A DNA stretch of 30,755 nucleotides from Tubiluchus corallicola (Eukaryota > Animalia > Priapulida). The position numbers and the translations under genes were made by a program. The notes under the pieces were generated by a model, which had not been told where the DNA came from, did no database searches, and saw nothing but the letters and a program-made list of their open reading frames with translations. The first letter of the stretch is position 1; the number at the start of each line of letters is the position of its first letter. This document shows positions 1-22,000 of this stretch, piece after piece. The stretch covers positions 1 through 30,755 of the forward strand of contig JAQGDQ010001658.1 of assembly GCA_030141605.1 (NCBI GenBank). The letters run 5' to 3'.

Positions 1-1370
1 CGTTCATGGTTGGGTTTGTTTCCCAGGCGTTCACAGACGTTCATGGTTGTGTTTGTTTCCCAGGCGTTCACAGACGTTCATGGTTGGGTTTGTTTCCCAG
101 GCGTTCACAGACGTTCATGGTTGGGTTTGTTTCCCAGGCGTTCACAGACGTTCATGGTTGGGTTTGCTTCCCAGGCGTTCACAGACGTTCATGGTTGGGT
201 TTACTTCCCAGGCGTTCACAGACGTTCATGGTTGGGTTTGTTTCCCAGGCGTTCACAGACGTTCATGGTTGGGTTTGTTTCCCAGGCGTTCACAGACGTT
301 CATGGTTGGGTTTGTTTCCCAGGCGTTCACAGACGTTCATGGTTGGGTTTGTTTCCCAGGCGTTCACAGACGTTCATGGTTGGGTTTGTTTCCCAGGCGT
401 TCACAGACGTTCATGGTTGGGTTTGTTTCCCAGGCGTTCACAGACGTTCATGGTTGGGTTTACTTCCCAGGCGTTCACAGACGTTCATGGTTGGGTTTGA
501 TTCCCAGGCGTTCACAGACGTTCATGGTTGGGTTTGTTTCCCAGGCGTTCACAGACGTTCATGGTTGGGTTTGTTTCCCAGGCGTTCACAGACGTTCATG
601 GTTGGGTTTGTTTCCCAGGCGTTCACAGACGTTCATGGTTGGGTTTGTTTCCCAGGCGTTCACAGACGTTCATGGTTGGGTTTGTTTCCCAGGCGTTCAC
701 AGACGTTCATGGTTGGGTTTGTTTCCCAGGCGTTCACAGACGTTCATGGTTGGGTTTGTTTCCCAGGCGTTCACAGACGTTCATGGTTGGGTTTGTTTCC
801 CAGGCGTTCACAGACGTTCATGGTTGGGTTTGTTTCCCAGGCGTTCACAGACGTTCATGGTTGGGTTTGTTTCCCAGGCGTTCACAGACGTTCATGGTTG
901 GGTTTGTTTCCCAGGCGTTCACAGACGTTCATGGTTGGGTTTGTTTCCCAGGCGTTCACAGACGTTCATGGTTGGGTTTGTTTCCCAGGCGTTCACAGAC
1001 GTTCATGGTTGGGTTTGTTTCCCAGGCGTTCACAGACGTTCATGGTTGGGTTTGCTTCCCAGGCGTTCACAGACGTTCATGGTTGGGTTTGTTTCCCAGG
1101 CGTTCACAGACGTTCATGGTTGGGTTTGTTTCCCAGGCGTTCACAGACGTTCATGGTTGGGTTTGCTTCCCAGGCGTTCACAGACGTTCATGGTTGGGTT
1201 TGATTCCCAGGCGTTCACAGACGTTCATGGTTGGGTTTGCTTCCCAGGCGTTCACAGACGTTCATGGTTGGGTTTGTTTCCCAGGCGTTCACAGACGTTC
1301 ATGGTTGGGTTTGTTTCCCAGGCGTTCACAGACGTTCATGGTTGGGTTTGTTTCCCAGGCGTTCACAGAC
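1..1370. repeat. 37-bp tandem minisatellite, about 37 copies, truncated by the window start
   Basis: Unit CGTTCATGGTTGGGTTTGTTTCCCAGGCGTTCACAGA recurs every 37 nt. Rare variants TTTGCTT/TTTACTT/TTTGATT. Abrupt end at about 1370 into AT-rich unique DNA. Confidence 0.98.
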
Positions 1371-1794
1371 ACAATATTAAAATTTGTAACTTTTATTTAC
1401 TTTGATCAGTGACAGTAAAGTGATTTTTACATAAATTTATTCAGTTGCACTCTGTAGTATTTTAGTCCTAATTGAAACAATTTTCCATTCTCAAATTCGA
1501 CATATTGGGATGTTTGCACGCAACATACTCGATAGCTAATTACTGATTAATTATTTCGGAACAAGAATGCAGCTACTTTGCTTTTGAGTGCAGACTTAAT
1601 CAAAATATGTGACTCGTAACAAAACTCAAGAGTTTTTTAACTCGATAATTGATGCCATACCTCGTTTTATGTCAAAACGATGTCATGAATAAAAATGGCT
1701 TGGCCGAGCAAAAATGGCCCTGTCGAATATAAGAGTTGCATATTAATGCTTCTAAATTAATGATAATTTTCACTTATGAAATACTTGAAGCCTG

Positions 1795-2370
1795 CAGAAA
1801 GAGAAACGGATTTTTCTTACCTTACAACGAGTGTTCTTTTATAGTCTTGAATATTCTCAAAATGAATTTTCACTGAAAAATATTTGTTAAGTTCTGACAT
1901 CCTTTTATATCCGCCAACTAAAAGAATATGGGACCGTAAATTTTATTATTGCATTTGGCATGCAGTTACAAATGTCTTTTTATACATGTATGTAATAATC
2001 ATAATAACAAATGTTTGACTTTTTAGTGGAGAATTAAGTTAACATGATTAAGTAAATAGTGAACTCCCCTATAACTCTTTAGGTCCCATCCTGAAACCGC
2101 TGTTAATGTGCTTTTCCAACTGCAATAGCAACAATTTCAGTTTTACTGCAGCAAACACTGATTTGTCACTGTTTGTGCAAGTGGTAAATAAACAATCATC
2201 GTCGCGGTATTTACTAAAAATTTAAAATGAATGCTATGTGCACACAAAATCTAAAAGTACCTAAATATTTTTCTGTTTTTATGGTGCAGTAGCCGTTTAG
2301 AAATTTCAGCATTTCTAGAACTTTAAAGTTTGCTTAGTCACAATTTTTCTTATTGAGCAGTAATATCCTG
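1795..2370. repeat. Diverged direct-repeat copy 1 (homologous to about 14780-15347)
   Basis: Colinear shared blocks: ttcttacctta; aaagaat.tggg..taaattttatt..tgcattt; gtatttactaaaaat.taaaa; tttagaaatttca..atttctagaacttt.aa...tgcttagtca; gcagtaatatcct. Confidence 0.8.
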
Positions 2371-4132
2371 TTTAGGATGTTTAACGATATGCAACAATTC
2401 ATTTATGGTGTTATATAAAGCTATATATATATATATATAATAAATGTTTGGTAATCCTGTTTCTCATTTACAGTCTAGAGAGACGTGTCCACGTTTGCCT
2501 TTTTTAAATGTTGTGTGGACTTAGACTTAGAACTAATGATATTTTTCCCTTGTAGCAACGATAATGATTTTTCTTTGAAGAACTTAAGTCCCGGCCGTTG
2601 ATGGAAAATGTCTGAAATGTGTATAAACGTGATTGTGCTAGTCTAAATTTTTTTTGCTAACGTTATTTTTATTTATTGTTATTGTTGTGCTTGTATGTTC
2701 ATATTTACTATTGTTATGTTTGTATGTTGATACTTTATTATAAATTTACTTCATTGCTGTGTTTTTGTTTGACGATTTCTTGTTGATTTCACGAAACAAC
2801 AGTTTGAAATTTCACCTTCTGCCTTCCCCCAAACAAAATTAAAATCACTTTTTTATTAACGTTACCTACCCCACCTACTTTACCTTACCTTGCCTTACAT
2901 TTTCTTATTTTAACTTAATTTATTTTACTTTATTTAAAAAAAGTACAAGATATCAGTTAGTAAAGACACAGTTAATGGAAACGGAAAAATGTAGGACAAA
3001 AACGAAATAAAGAATCCCAAGATAAGTACGTATATCCAACAAACGAAAATGATAATTAAAATTCAAAATAGTTTTTCTGAAATCAGATTTGTCAATTTTC
3101 ATTATTTTTGGATCCAAAGAATGCCTTTGTGTGAAATCTGGGCTTTCACTAAGCTAACAATATTTGTAATGAACATTGAATGAAATGGTAAAAGATTTTA
3201 AAACAGATGGTAAAACACAAGAAAACAGCAAAAATGGTATTTGCACGTGGTGTGTTTTGTGTGTTTCTTGTATAAGTTTAGTTATTTATTTTTTGGATAG
3301 TCTCAGTCATAAAATAATTCTCTTAGCATGTTCGCTTACTTAAAATGCTCATTAGCTTTCAGCATGTTTAAACTAAGTGTCTGCGACGAAAGTTAAACAA
3401 CACGCAGCCTGTAAGTGAACAGAGGAGTGAGATACGAGTTTTAATATGATAAAATGCTACAAAATTGTTAAGTTTCTGAAATCCACATTTTCTGTTTATT
3501 ATGAAAGATTTATTGTCACACTTTTATTTTGTCACACTTATGCACTAAAATTGTATGATAAAAAATTAATTACATTTATAAATTAACAGCTAGCCATCAT
3601 ATTATTTAGCTATATTAATTAGCTATCATTTATATATTTACAAATCATTAATTTATTGACAATTTGTTTTAATAGGCACATTTTCAACAAATACACACAT
3701 TCGTGATGTACTGTATGGTATTAAAAATTGCACAACATTACAATGTAGAAACTCTGTGATTTACAAAAAAATATAATCTTAGGCTGTTGGTCTTGCTTAA
3801 GAGATAAACGGGGAATGGCAGTGATATAAAGTATTTTCTACAAAATACCGAGTGAATACATATTAGGCCTAATAAACCTACAAGTAAATAAGTATAATCA
3901 AAAGTTAATACTGTAATCTTCAATTCTAGGTGAGCAGTACATATGTAAGTAATTACCTTGCTAATTCTGAAATCACGAAGATACAAAAGAAAACATTACA
4001 AAAAAGTTATCAATCACCTTTATCTTTCTACCCAAACAATAATTATTAATAAATAAACATCTTGTTATTGAATTTCTAAATGCATTTAAAACCTTTTCAT
4101 TTGGTTGTTTGGCGTTGCTTAACTAAAAATTA

Positions 4133-13554
<9,422 letters not shown>

Positions 13555-14779
13555 AATTCTCGGTCAGTTCTTGCTTTTTCTGTTAAGTAGAAAGCTGTTT
13601 ATGATTAATAACTGAAAATGCGTGTTTGTGCTTAACAGGAGTAAACAAATAATAATTTATTACATATTTAAATATACAGATATTTCTTGGATATTTACAT
13701 TTCATTATCATTAAAATGGACAAATGCATTTTGCATACATAAATCATAAGGCCCAAGTGCGTTCAAAACAGGCCTACAGTACCTCATTAGCCCAATAAGA
13801 ATTCAAAATTAAAAGCAATAAAGTCGTAAACAGTATGATTTAGCAAACTGATTAATATAAAACATATCGAGAACTAACATTATCAACAAGCCAGCACACC
13901 TTTATAGGCATGTGTTCACACATAATTAACTAATGCAGATAAAGCAAATATCGTAGTTCATATATAAAAATCACAAGAAATCAGCCCTAAAATCAATTAC
14001 TTTTTATGAACGTTAAATTTCTGCGTACTAAAAATGAGTATTAAGAAAAGATTTGAACTTTTCAACGTTAGTTATTTTACGTGCATGAATTAGAAACGGG
14101 CAATCAGAGCAATTGCATGAGAAAAGCGTATGTGATTGTGATCATATTTATCAGTACCAGTGTTGCGCCATTGCCTGGGTACATGTTACAATTTATCAAT
14201 TTGATACTGAAGAATACCAAAAAAGCGTACTGTTACAATAGTCTAATCTAGAACTGATAAAATTAAATGCACGAGTTGGAGTTTCAGTGACTGGTTCTAA
14301 CTGACAAAAGGTCTAGTTTTGCATCCATTATTAATATGTGTTGACATGAAATGTTTACACTGGACACACAGTTTAACTATAATCACGACTTAAGTTTTTA
14401 CTTCCAAAAATGATAAAATCAGTTTTGTCACCGTTAAGTACCATGTGACTGGGCAGCATTAACCGACGGTGTCTTCAGCATATAAGTTAATGGACACTGT
14501 GAAGTCAAAGAAGACGAATATATGAATAACAACATTGAGCTTAAACAGACGTTTGAGTGCATCCCAATGTTGCTCTGTATCCATCTACATGACTCCTATA
14601 ATACTGACTTGCTGAAAACTATCAGATAAAAAAAATCTTGTCCCATTTCCATTTGTCCCACTCCTATATTAATTGGCGCCTATCTAGCAAAATCTTGCAG
14701 CTGAATGATGTACCTACTCACTTCCAGACATTGATGTCATCAAGCTCAACAAGTGTTGAACATAGGAAACATAATTTAC

Positions 14780-15347
14780 AGAAACAGAAAATGAATTGTT
14801 TCTTACCTTATAATATACTTTTCTTCGTATCTTCTGTTTTTCTCTGAAAAACTTGTGCTACACTCTGAGTTTTGTCGTCCTTTTATACAAAAAGCATGAT
14901 AACCTCCTTCTAAAAGAATGTGGGCTGATAAATTTTATTGCTGCATTTCCTATGCAATGACAAATGCAATAATAATGGAGGAAATATTCATGCCAAATAA
15001 TTGTAATTATTAACAAGTGCTTGAGTTTTTGGTGAAGAATTTAGTAAACAAAGACTACGTAAACAACAGATTTTTACTCACACGCTAAAACTGTCATGAC
15101 TTCGTCACTTTGCATCGATGCGGTTTTGTTTAATTTGCCATTTCATCATTGTTTACGCAAGTGTGTAAATAAAACACATATTTAAAGTATTTACTAAAAA
15201 TGTAAAAGGAGTGTTAGGTGGACACAGAATTTAAAATTCCTCAAACTTTTGTCATTTATGATTCAATGACAATTTAGAAATTTCAAAATTTCTAGAACTT
15301 TCAAACCTGCTTAGTCATAGTTTTTCTCAATATGCAGTAATATCCTA
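14780..15347. repeat. Diverged direct-repeat copy 2 (homologous to about 1795-2370)
   Basis: Same colinear blocks as copy 1. Confidence 0.8.
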
Positions 15348-15514
15348 TTCAAGCTCTTTTTCAAAATGTAACAAGTCATTCATTTTTGCACTTTCATTTT
15401 GTTTAATTTTATTTGAATCACGATGACGGCACGTGACAGAAAGGACGATGATAGCAATTATGGCAACAACGACAACGGTGCCAGCAAGAACAGTAACAGC
15501 AATGGCCGAACAGT
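15345..15514 (-). other. Candidate exon encoding a single transmembrane helix and short cytoplasmic tail
   Basis: DCSAIAVTVLAGTVVVVAIIAIIVLSVTCRHRDSNK...LE*: hydrophobic stretch followed by Cys and basic residues, weak acceptor ttccaag. No family recognised. Confidence 0.35.
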
Positions 15515-16329
15515 CTTGGAATAATATAGACAGCTTGAAAGGTCTCGAGGGGTGTATTAAAAATGTCATTCATAACATAAATAACATAGATCCTGCACAT
15601 GTGCAAGTCAAATAAGACTAGTCCGTTTTAGTAAACTTTGTCAGTTTGATATGATTTCAAATCCTCATTAGCTGCCTCATAATCAACAACGACGAGGTAC
15701 TTCTCTAGTACCTGGACACCATTAAATAAATGCTCATTAGCTCTAAAAATTGGCTTTTGCTGTGCGCTTCAGTTGTTAAAGATGTCAGCTTAATAAACAC
15801 TGTAGCCATTTGTAATGCACTAGGGTGTTAAACCTCAGTTAACAAGTTAAAAATATTTACATGATATAGCTATAAAAATATTCAAATCTCGTGCTGTTGA
15901 GATCTAATTTTAGAATGATTGAACTTAATTTTAAAATTCATATTAAATTATGGAATGACACTGAAATGAAAGATATTTTGACTAAGAGATTTTTGGTAGA
16001 CTCAGTTAAGACTAGGGTGGGGTCAAGATTTTTCTATTTAGTGTTCTGCAATATGCATGTTTTTTTAATTTTGACATGATTGTGCACCAGCTTTAACAGA
16101 ACAGTTATTGTTTGTTAGAAATCATTGTTCTTTTAGACATGTTTTTGTTCTACTTGATAAACCAGTAGCAGCACAACAGGAATAAACCGACTAGTGAAAT
16201 TGATATTACCCAAAGTGCTGATAGGTGGCGACATTCGCTTGTGTGTGTTAACTCTTCGAACTAGAAAACCATAAACCAGTCAAAGATAGAACAACATAGT
16301 ACTGCCAGAGATAATGATCAGTCATGGAA

Positions 16330-16600
16330 CAAGTGAAAATGTATGGGCAGTCTTCTGAAACACCTGTAAGAATAGCCTTGAAGGAAGCCTTAAAACCTTG
16401 GAAAAACAATTTGGCAATCTAAAAATAACTTGGTAGTTAAGATAAATGAAGATCGTCAACAGCTTCAACCAAATGCATCTTTAGGAGTAGATGAATTTAT
16501 GCTGTTAACTGCAGATAAGAATGGGTGGAGCGTTCTAGTAAATGGTAATTGTTGAATGTGTACAACAGACCGAATGAGACTTCGAAGAAGAGGAGAAGAG
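16330..16600 (+). mobile_element. Degenerate 3' fragment of a non-LTR retrotransposon (RTE-like)
   Basis: With two frameshifts reads SETPVRIALKEALKPWK/KQFGNLKITW*/KINEDRQQL...LTADKNGWSVLV, resembling the C-terminal RGRPKTTW...EDL...AQDR..W..LV motif of RTE-type ORFs. Ends in a GAAGAAGAGGAGAAGAG tail. Confidence 0.5.
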
Positions 16601-18723
16601 TGCTAACATTGTTCGTATCACTTAAACGAACAAACTTTAAAATTCGAAATTATTTTAATAATTTTACATGTTTTAAAATTTAATGGAATTGCATGGTTGT
16701 AAAAACCCCAAAAAGGCTTTTGTTGGCGCTATCCTTGATCATGAGTTACCCTAAAAAGAATACGTAGTATTTCTGATCACAAGAAAGTGGCAAATTTGGT
16801 TAGGCATGCGGGTGTCACTTTATCACCTCATAAAACAGACAAGTTACGCAGTCTTACGAAAATAATTTTATTACCATAATTTCTACTTTGCACATCTTTA
16901 AAAGTAAAGTTTGGCTGTCATAATTATTATTAAAACTAATATACATGATTATTAATCAACATTGCTAAAGAATGACCAGCAAGTCATTTTTTGGTATTAG
17001 TTCACAGAGTTCTCTTATATCTGAGCACGAATACATTGGGAGATTCATCATTATTTGTCACTGAAGTTTTCCGATTTCGTAAATATTGAGCTGCAGAAGT
17101 TTCTTGCCTGCAATGAAAAAAGGTAAGTACTGCGCAGAAGTAATGTAGTAATGACTGTTAACATCAAATGCTAGGACAGTTAGTCTAATTATAGTAAAGC
17201 TTTAATGTTGCATAATGGTCTATTTACGCAAATGTCTTTTCTAGCATATTAATTCTGGAAACCTATATTACTAAATTTACAAAATTCTATTTTTTTAATT
17301 TGCGCATCTTCAATAAATATTGCACAAAATCAATAACAACAACTGCAGTGGGTAAAACCATTAAAAGTAAAGAGGCATGCTGACTTGAAGAACTAAAATT
17401 TGTTCCTCCGTTCTCAACCAAAAATTTTTTTTGTAGATTTAGACATACCAATACACAAGCATTTGTGTTACCTGATTACTAAGCATGAAACAGCTTTTTC
17501 TTTTAAATCAAATTAGATATGCTATACAGTGTTACTTCGAGTAGAAATGTTTAGTATTTAGCTATATTAACACTTCATTTAAAACAAATGTACAAATAAT
17601 ATAAATGTGCTTGCAAACCAAAACGCAAACTAAGTCGGAATAGCTAGAACTACGTTATGATGTTTAAAAACCACAAAAATTTTAAACCCACTTCTGCTGC
17701 TAGAAACTATCGCGATGTACTGCAAATGTAAAAAAATTTGTATTTTTAAAATCCGATAGTGGCTCGTGGAAGCATTCATTTTGATCCGGGTTTTTCTACT
17801 GCCAAGCCCACATCTTGTTTAGAAAAACCATCTACTGGATTTAAACATAGAGTCTTCAGTGTGATCTTGAAAAGTCCGTGACAACCAACATTTGTGAGGT
17901 TGCTAAGTGTTTCGTAGAAACGCGAGAAAACAATTGTTAACTTTAATTGTGATTTTCTCAGGGTTACGTTTTTGAGTGCACAGCTTGCGCCCCCAATTTC
18001 TACGTGGATCATCTCAGCTTAGAAATAGCATAGAGCGATGACTTTGGTATTAAAATGATCCTCGTGAAATGGAGATTCAGGATATTGGAATAATTGGAAA
18101 GTTCAATTGCCGACCTATTGACGATTTTGTTACAAATCACACAAATAGAGAGACAAAAATACTAAATGTATGTGGAAATCACCAAGGTTGCAACACATTC
18201 AATAACCATAAAATGAAAAAAAATATTTATGTGCAACCGATTTTACAAAATTGCAGACAAAACTAATACAACATGTTATATCACAAAAGTGCTGAATTAA
18301 TAATTAACTGAATCGTTAATTCGGGCAAAAAATCTCGAAATTCCGGCTCCTGTTTTAAAGACTGCATTTGGGGCATGTGTAAGTAGATTCTTTCCGGTTT
18401 CTACCAGTTTTTCGCGAAAGAGTAATGTAGTCTTTTGGGGGAATTTTCGATAAATAGTTGAAATTTATGCCCTCTCTGATATTCAAGATATTAGAAGCAC
18501 ATGTAGATTCTGATTGAACACCTTGAAGATGCCCAATCTACAAGCAAAAATGACAACTGCAATTTGCATTAAGTCACCCTTCATCTTTAGTTGTAGCAAA
18601 TACAAGTTTAATGAAGATGGACTCAGAGATGAAGCTAACTTTAACATGTCATATTTTGCATTTGGTAAAATCGACCTCACATCGCTGTTTATGCTGAACG
18701 AACACAAACTGAGATTCTCTTAC

Positions 18724-19033
18724 CTACAAAGAACATAGTAGTGTTTGTCGGCACAGGAGATGTGACAATTAGATTAGTTGATCTTGCTGAACTGACGCTG
18801 ACTTTTCGACTGACAAATCTTGTTGAACTAAAGTCAGAAGTTTTTTGAACTGACATTGGTTTTTGAAGTTAAGGCATCATTGCGTGTTGAGGCAAAAAAG
18901 CTTGCCGAGGTGATACTAATTGTTGGCTTACCATACGTAGTTGAATTAAAAGTAGCAAAACTGGATCTTGTCATATTTGTTTTCAAGTACGTACTCGAAC
19001 GAAGTACAATGTAGAGCTTATTACGTATTGCCT
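18724..19033 (-). pseudogene. Candidate Ser/Thr-rich exon fragment with one frameshift, cut by the satellite array
   Basis: RSSTYLKTNMTRSSFATFNSTTYGKPTISITSASFFASTRNDALTSKTNVSSK, shift in the A-run at about 18845, TSDFSSTRFVSRKVSVSSARSTNLIVTSPVPTNTTMFFV, then a strong AG|GTAAG donor. Confidence 0.35.
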
Positions 19034-22000
19034 TCAAACCCTAATTGTAAAATCGCCATATTCGGACGCAACGATACTTTCAACCGCCATTACCAACGCA
19101 GTACTTAAGCGAATTCAGTCATGTAATACATGGTTAAAAAGCCCGTAAAATTCTCTATCTAACCATGTATAGTTTGTTTCAAAGTAACATAACGCTTAAA
19201 AAATAACTCAAACCCTAATTGTAAAATCGCCATATTCGGACTTGCAACGATACTTTCAACCGCCATTACCAACGCAGTACTTAAGCGAATTTAGTCATGT
19301 AATACATGGTTAGAAAGCCCGTAAAATTCTCTATCTAACCATGTATAGTTTGTTTCAAAGTAACATAACGCTTAAAAAATAACTCAAACCCTAATTGTAA
19401 AATCGCCATATTCGGACGCAACGATACTTTCAACCGCCATTACCAACGCAGTACTTAAGCGAATTAAGTCATGTAATACATGGTTAGAAAGCCCGTAAAA
19501 TTCTCTATCTAACCATGTATAGTTTGTTTCAAAGTAACATAACGCTTAAAAAATAATTCAAACCCTAATTGTAAAATCGCCTTATTCAGGTTTGCAACGA
19601 TACTTCCCCCGGAACCCACAAACATGGATTCGTACTTTCAACCGCCATTACCAACGCAGTACTTAAGCGAATTCAGTCATGTAATACATGGTTAGAAAGC
19701 CCGTAAAATTCTCTATCTAACCATGTATAGTTTGTTTCAAAGTAACATAACGCTTAAAAAATAACTCAAACCCTAATTGTAAAATCGCCATATTCGGACG
19801 CAACGATACTTTCAACCGCCATTACCAACGCAGTACTTAAGCGAATTCAGTCATGTAATACATGGTTAGAAAGCCCGTAAAATTCTCTATCTAACCATGT
19901 ATAGTTTGTTTCAAAGTAACATAACGCTTAAAAAATAACTCAAACCCTAATTGTAAAATCGCCTTATTCAGGTTTGCAACGATACTTCCCCCGGAACCCA
20001 CAAACATGGATTCGTACTTTCAACCGCCATTACCAACGCAGTACTTAAGCGAATTCAGTCATGTAATACATGGTTAGAAAGCCCGTAAAATTCTCTATCT
20101 AACCATGTATAGTTTGTTTCAAAGTAACATAACGCTTAAAAAATAACTCAAACCCTAATTGTAAAATCGCCTTATTCAGGTTTGCAACGATACTTTCCCC
20201 GGAACCCACAAACATGGATTCGTACTTTCAACCGCCATTACGAACGCAGTACTTAAGCGAATTCAGTCATGTAATACATGGTTAGAAAGCCCGTAAAATT
20301 CTCTATCTAACCATGTATAGTTTGTTTCAAAGTAACATAACGCTTAAAAAATATCTCAAACCCTAATTGTAAAATCGCCATATTCGGATGCAACGATACT
20401 TTCAACCGCCATTACCAACGCAGTACTTAAGCGAATTCAGTCATGTAATACATGGTTAGAAAGCCCGTAAAATTCTCTATCTAACCATGTATAGTTTGTT
20501 TCAAAGTAACATAACACTTAAAAAATAACTCAAACCCTAATTGTAAAATCGCCTTATTCAGGTTTGCAACGATACTTCCCCCGGAACCCACAAACATGGA
20601 TTCGTACGTTCAACCGCCATTACGAACGCAGTACTTAAGCGAATTCAGTCATGTAATACATGGTTAGAAAGCCCGTAAAATTCTCTATCTAACCATGTAT
20701 AGTTTGTTTCAAAGTAACATAACGCTTAAAAAATAACTCAAACCCTAATTGTAAAATCGCCATATTCGGACGCAACGATACTTTCAACCGCCATTACCAA
20801 CGCAGTACTTAAGCGAATTCAGTCATGTAATACATGGTTAGAAAGCCCGTAAAATTCTCTATCTAACCATGTATAGTTTGTTTCAAAGTAACATAACGCT
20901 TAAAAAATAACTCAAACCCTAATTGTAAAATCGCCTTATTCAGGTTTGCAACGATACTTCCCCCGGAACCCACAAACATGGATTCGTACGTTCAACCGCC
21001 ATTACGAACGCAGTACTTAAGCGAATTCAGTCATGTAATACATGGTTAGAAAGCCCGTAAAATTCTCTATCTAACCATGTATAGTTTGTTTCAAAGTAAC
21101 ATAACGCTTAAAAAATAACTCAAACCCTAATTGTAAAATCGCCTTATTCAGGTTTGCAACGATACTTCCCCCGGAACCCACAAACATGGATTCGTACGTT
21201 CAACCGCCATTACGAACGCAGTACTTAAGCGAATTCAGTCATGTAATACATGGTTAGAAAGCCCGTAAAATTCTCTATCTAACCATGTATAGTTTGTTTC
21301 AAAGTAACATAACGCTTAAAAAATAACTCAAACCGTAATTGTAAAATCGCCATATTCGGACGCAACGATACTTTCAACCGCCATTACCAACGCAGTACTT
21401 AAGCGAATTCAGTCATGTAATACATGGTTAGAAAGCCCGTAAAATTCTCTATCTAACCATGTATAGTTTGTTTCAAAGTAACATAACGCTTAAAAAATAA
21501 CTCAAACCCTAATTGTAAAATCGCCATATTCGGACGCAACGATACTTTCAACCGCCATTACCAACGCAGTACTTAAGCGAATTCAGTCATGTAATACATG
21601 GTTAGAAAGCCCGTAAAATTCTCTATCTAACCATGTATAGTTTGTTTCAAAGTAACATAACGCTTAAAAAATAACTCAAACCCTAATTGTAAAATCGCCA
21701 TATTCGGACGCAACGATACTTTCAACCGCCATTACCAACGCAGTACTTAAGCGAATTCAGTCATGTAATACATGGTTAGAAAGCCCGTAAAATTCTCTAT
21801 CTAACCATGTATAGTTTGTTTCAAAGTAACATAACGCTTAAAAAATAACTCAAACCCTAATTGTAAAATCGCCTTATTCAGGTTTGCAACGATACTTCCC
21901 CCGGAACCCACAAACATGGATTCGTACGTTCAACCGCCATTACGAACGCAGTACTTAAGCGAATTCAGTCATGTAATACATGGTTAGAAAGCCCGTAAAA

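Noticed and set aside
1-1370. CRISPR array (37-nt unit length, small hairpin)
   Set aside because: Units are head-to-tail with no unique spacers, there are no cas genes, and the context is eukaryotic.
6-1412. Four long plus-strand ORFs (164-452 aa)
   Set aside because: Artefacts of a stop-free 37-bp repeat: the same peptide cycles through all three frames.
19036-19044. Telomeric repeat (AAACCCTAA)
   Set aside because: Only one copy per monomer, not a tandem telomere tract.
19120-19135. CRESS-virus-like origin nonanucleotide (ATGTATTAC on the minus strand)
   Set aside because: It does not match NANTATTAC, is not in the loop of the main hairpin, and no Rep ORF is present.
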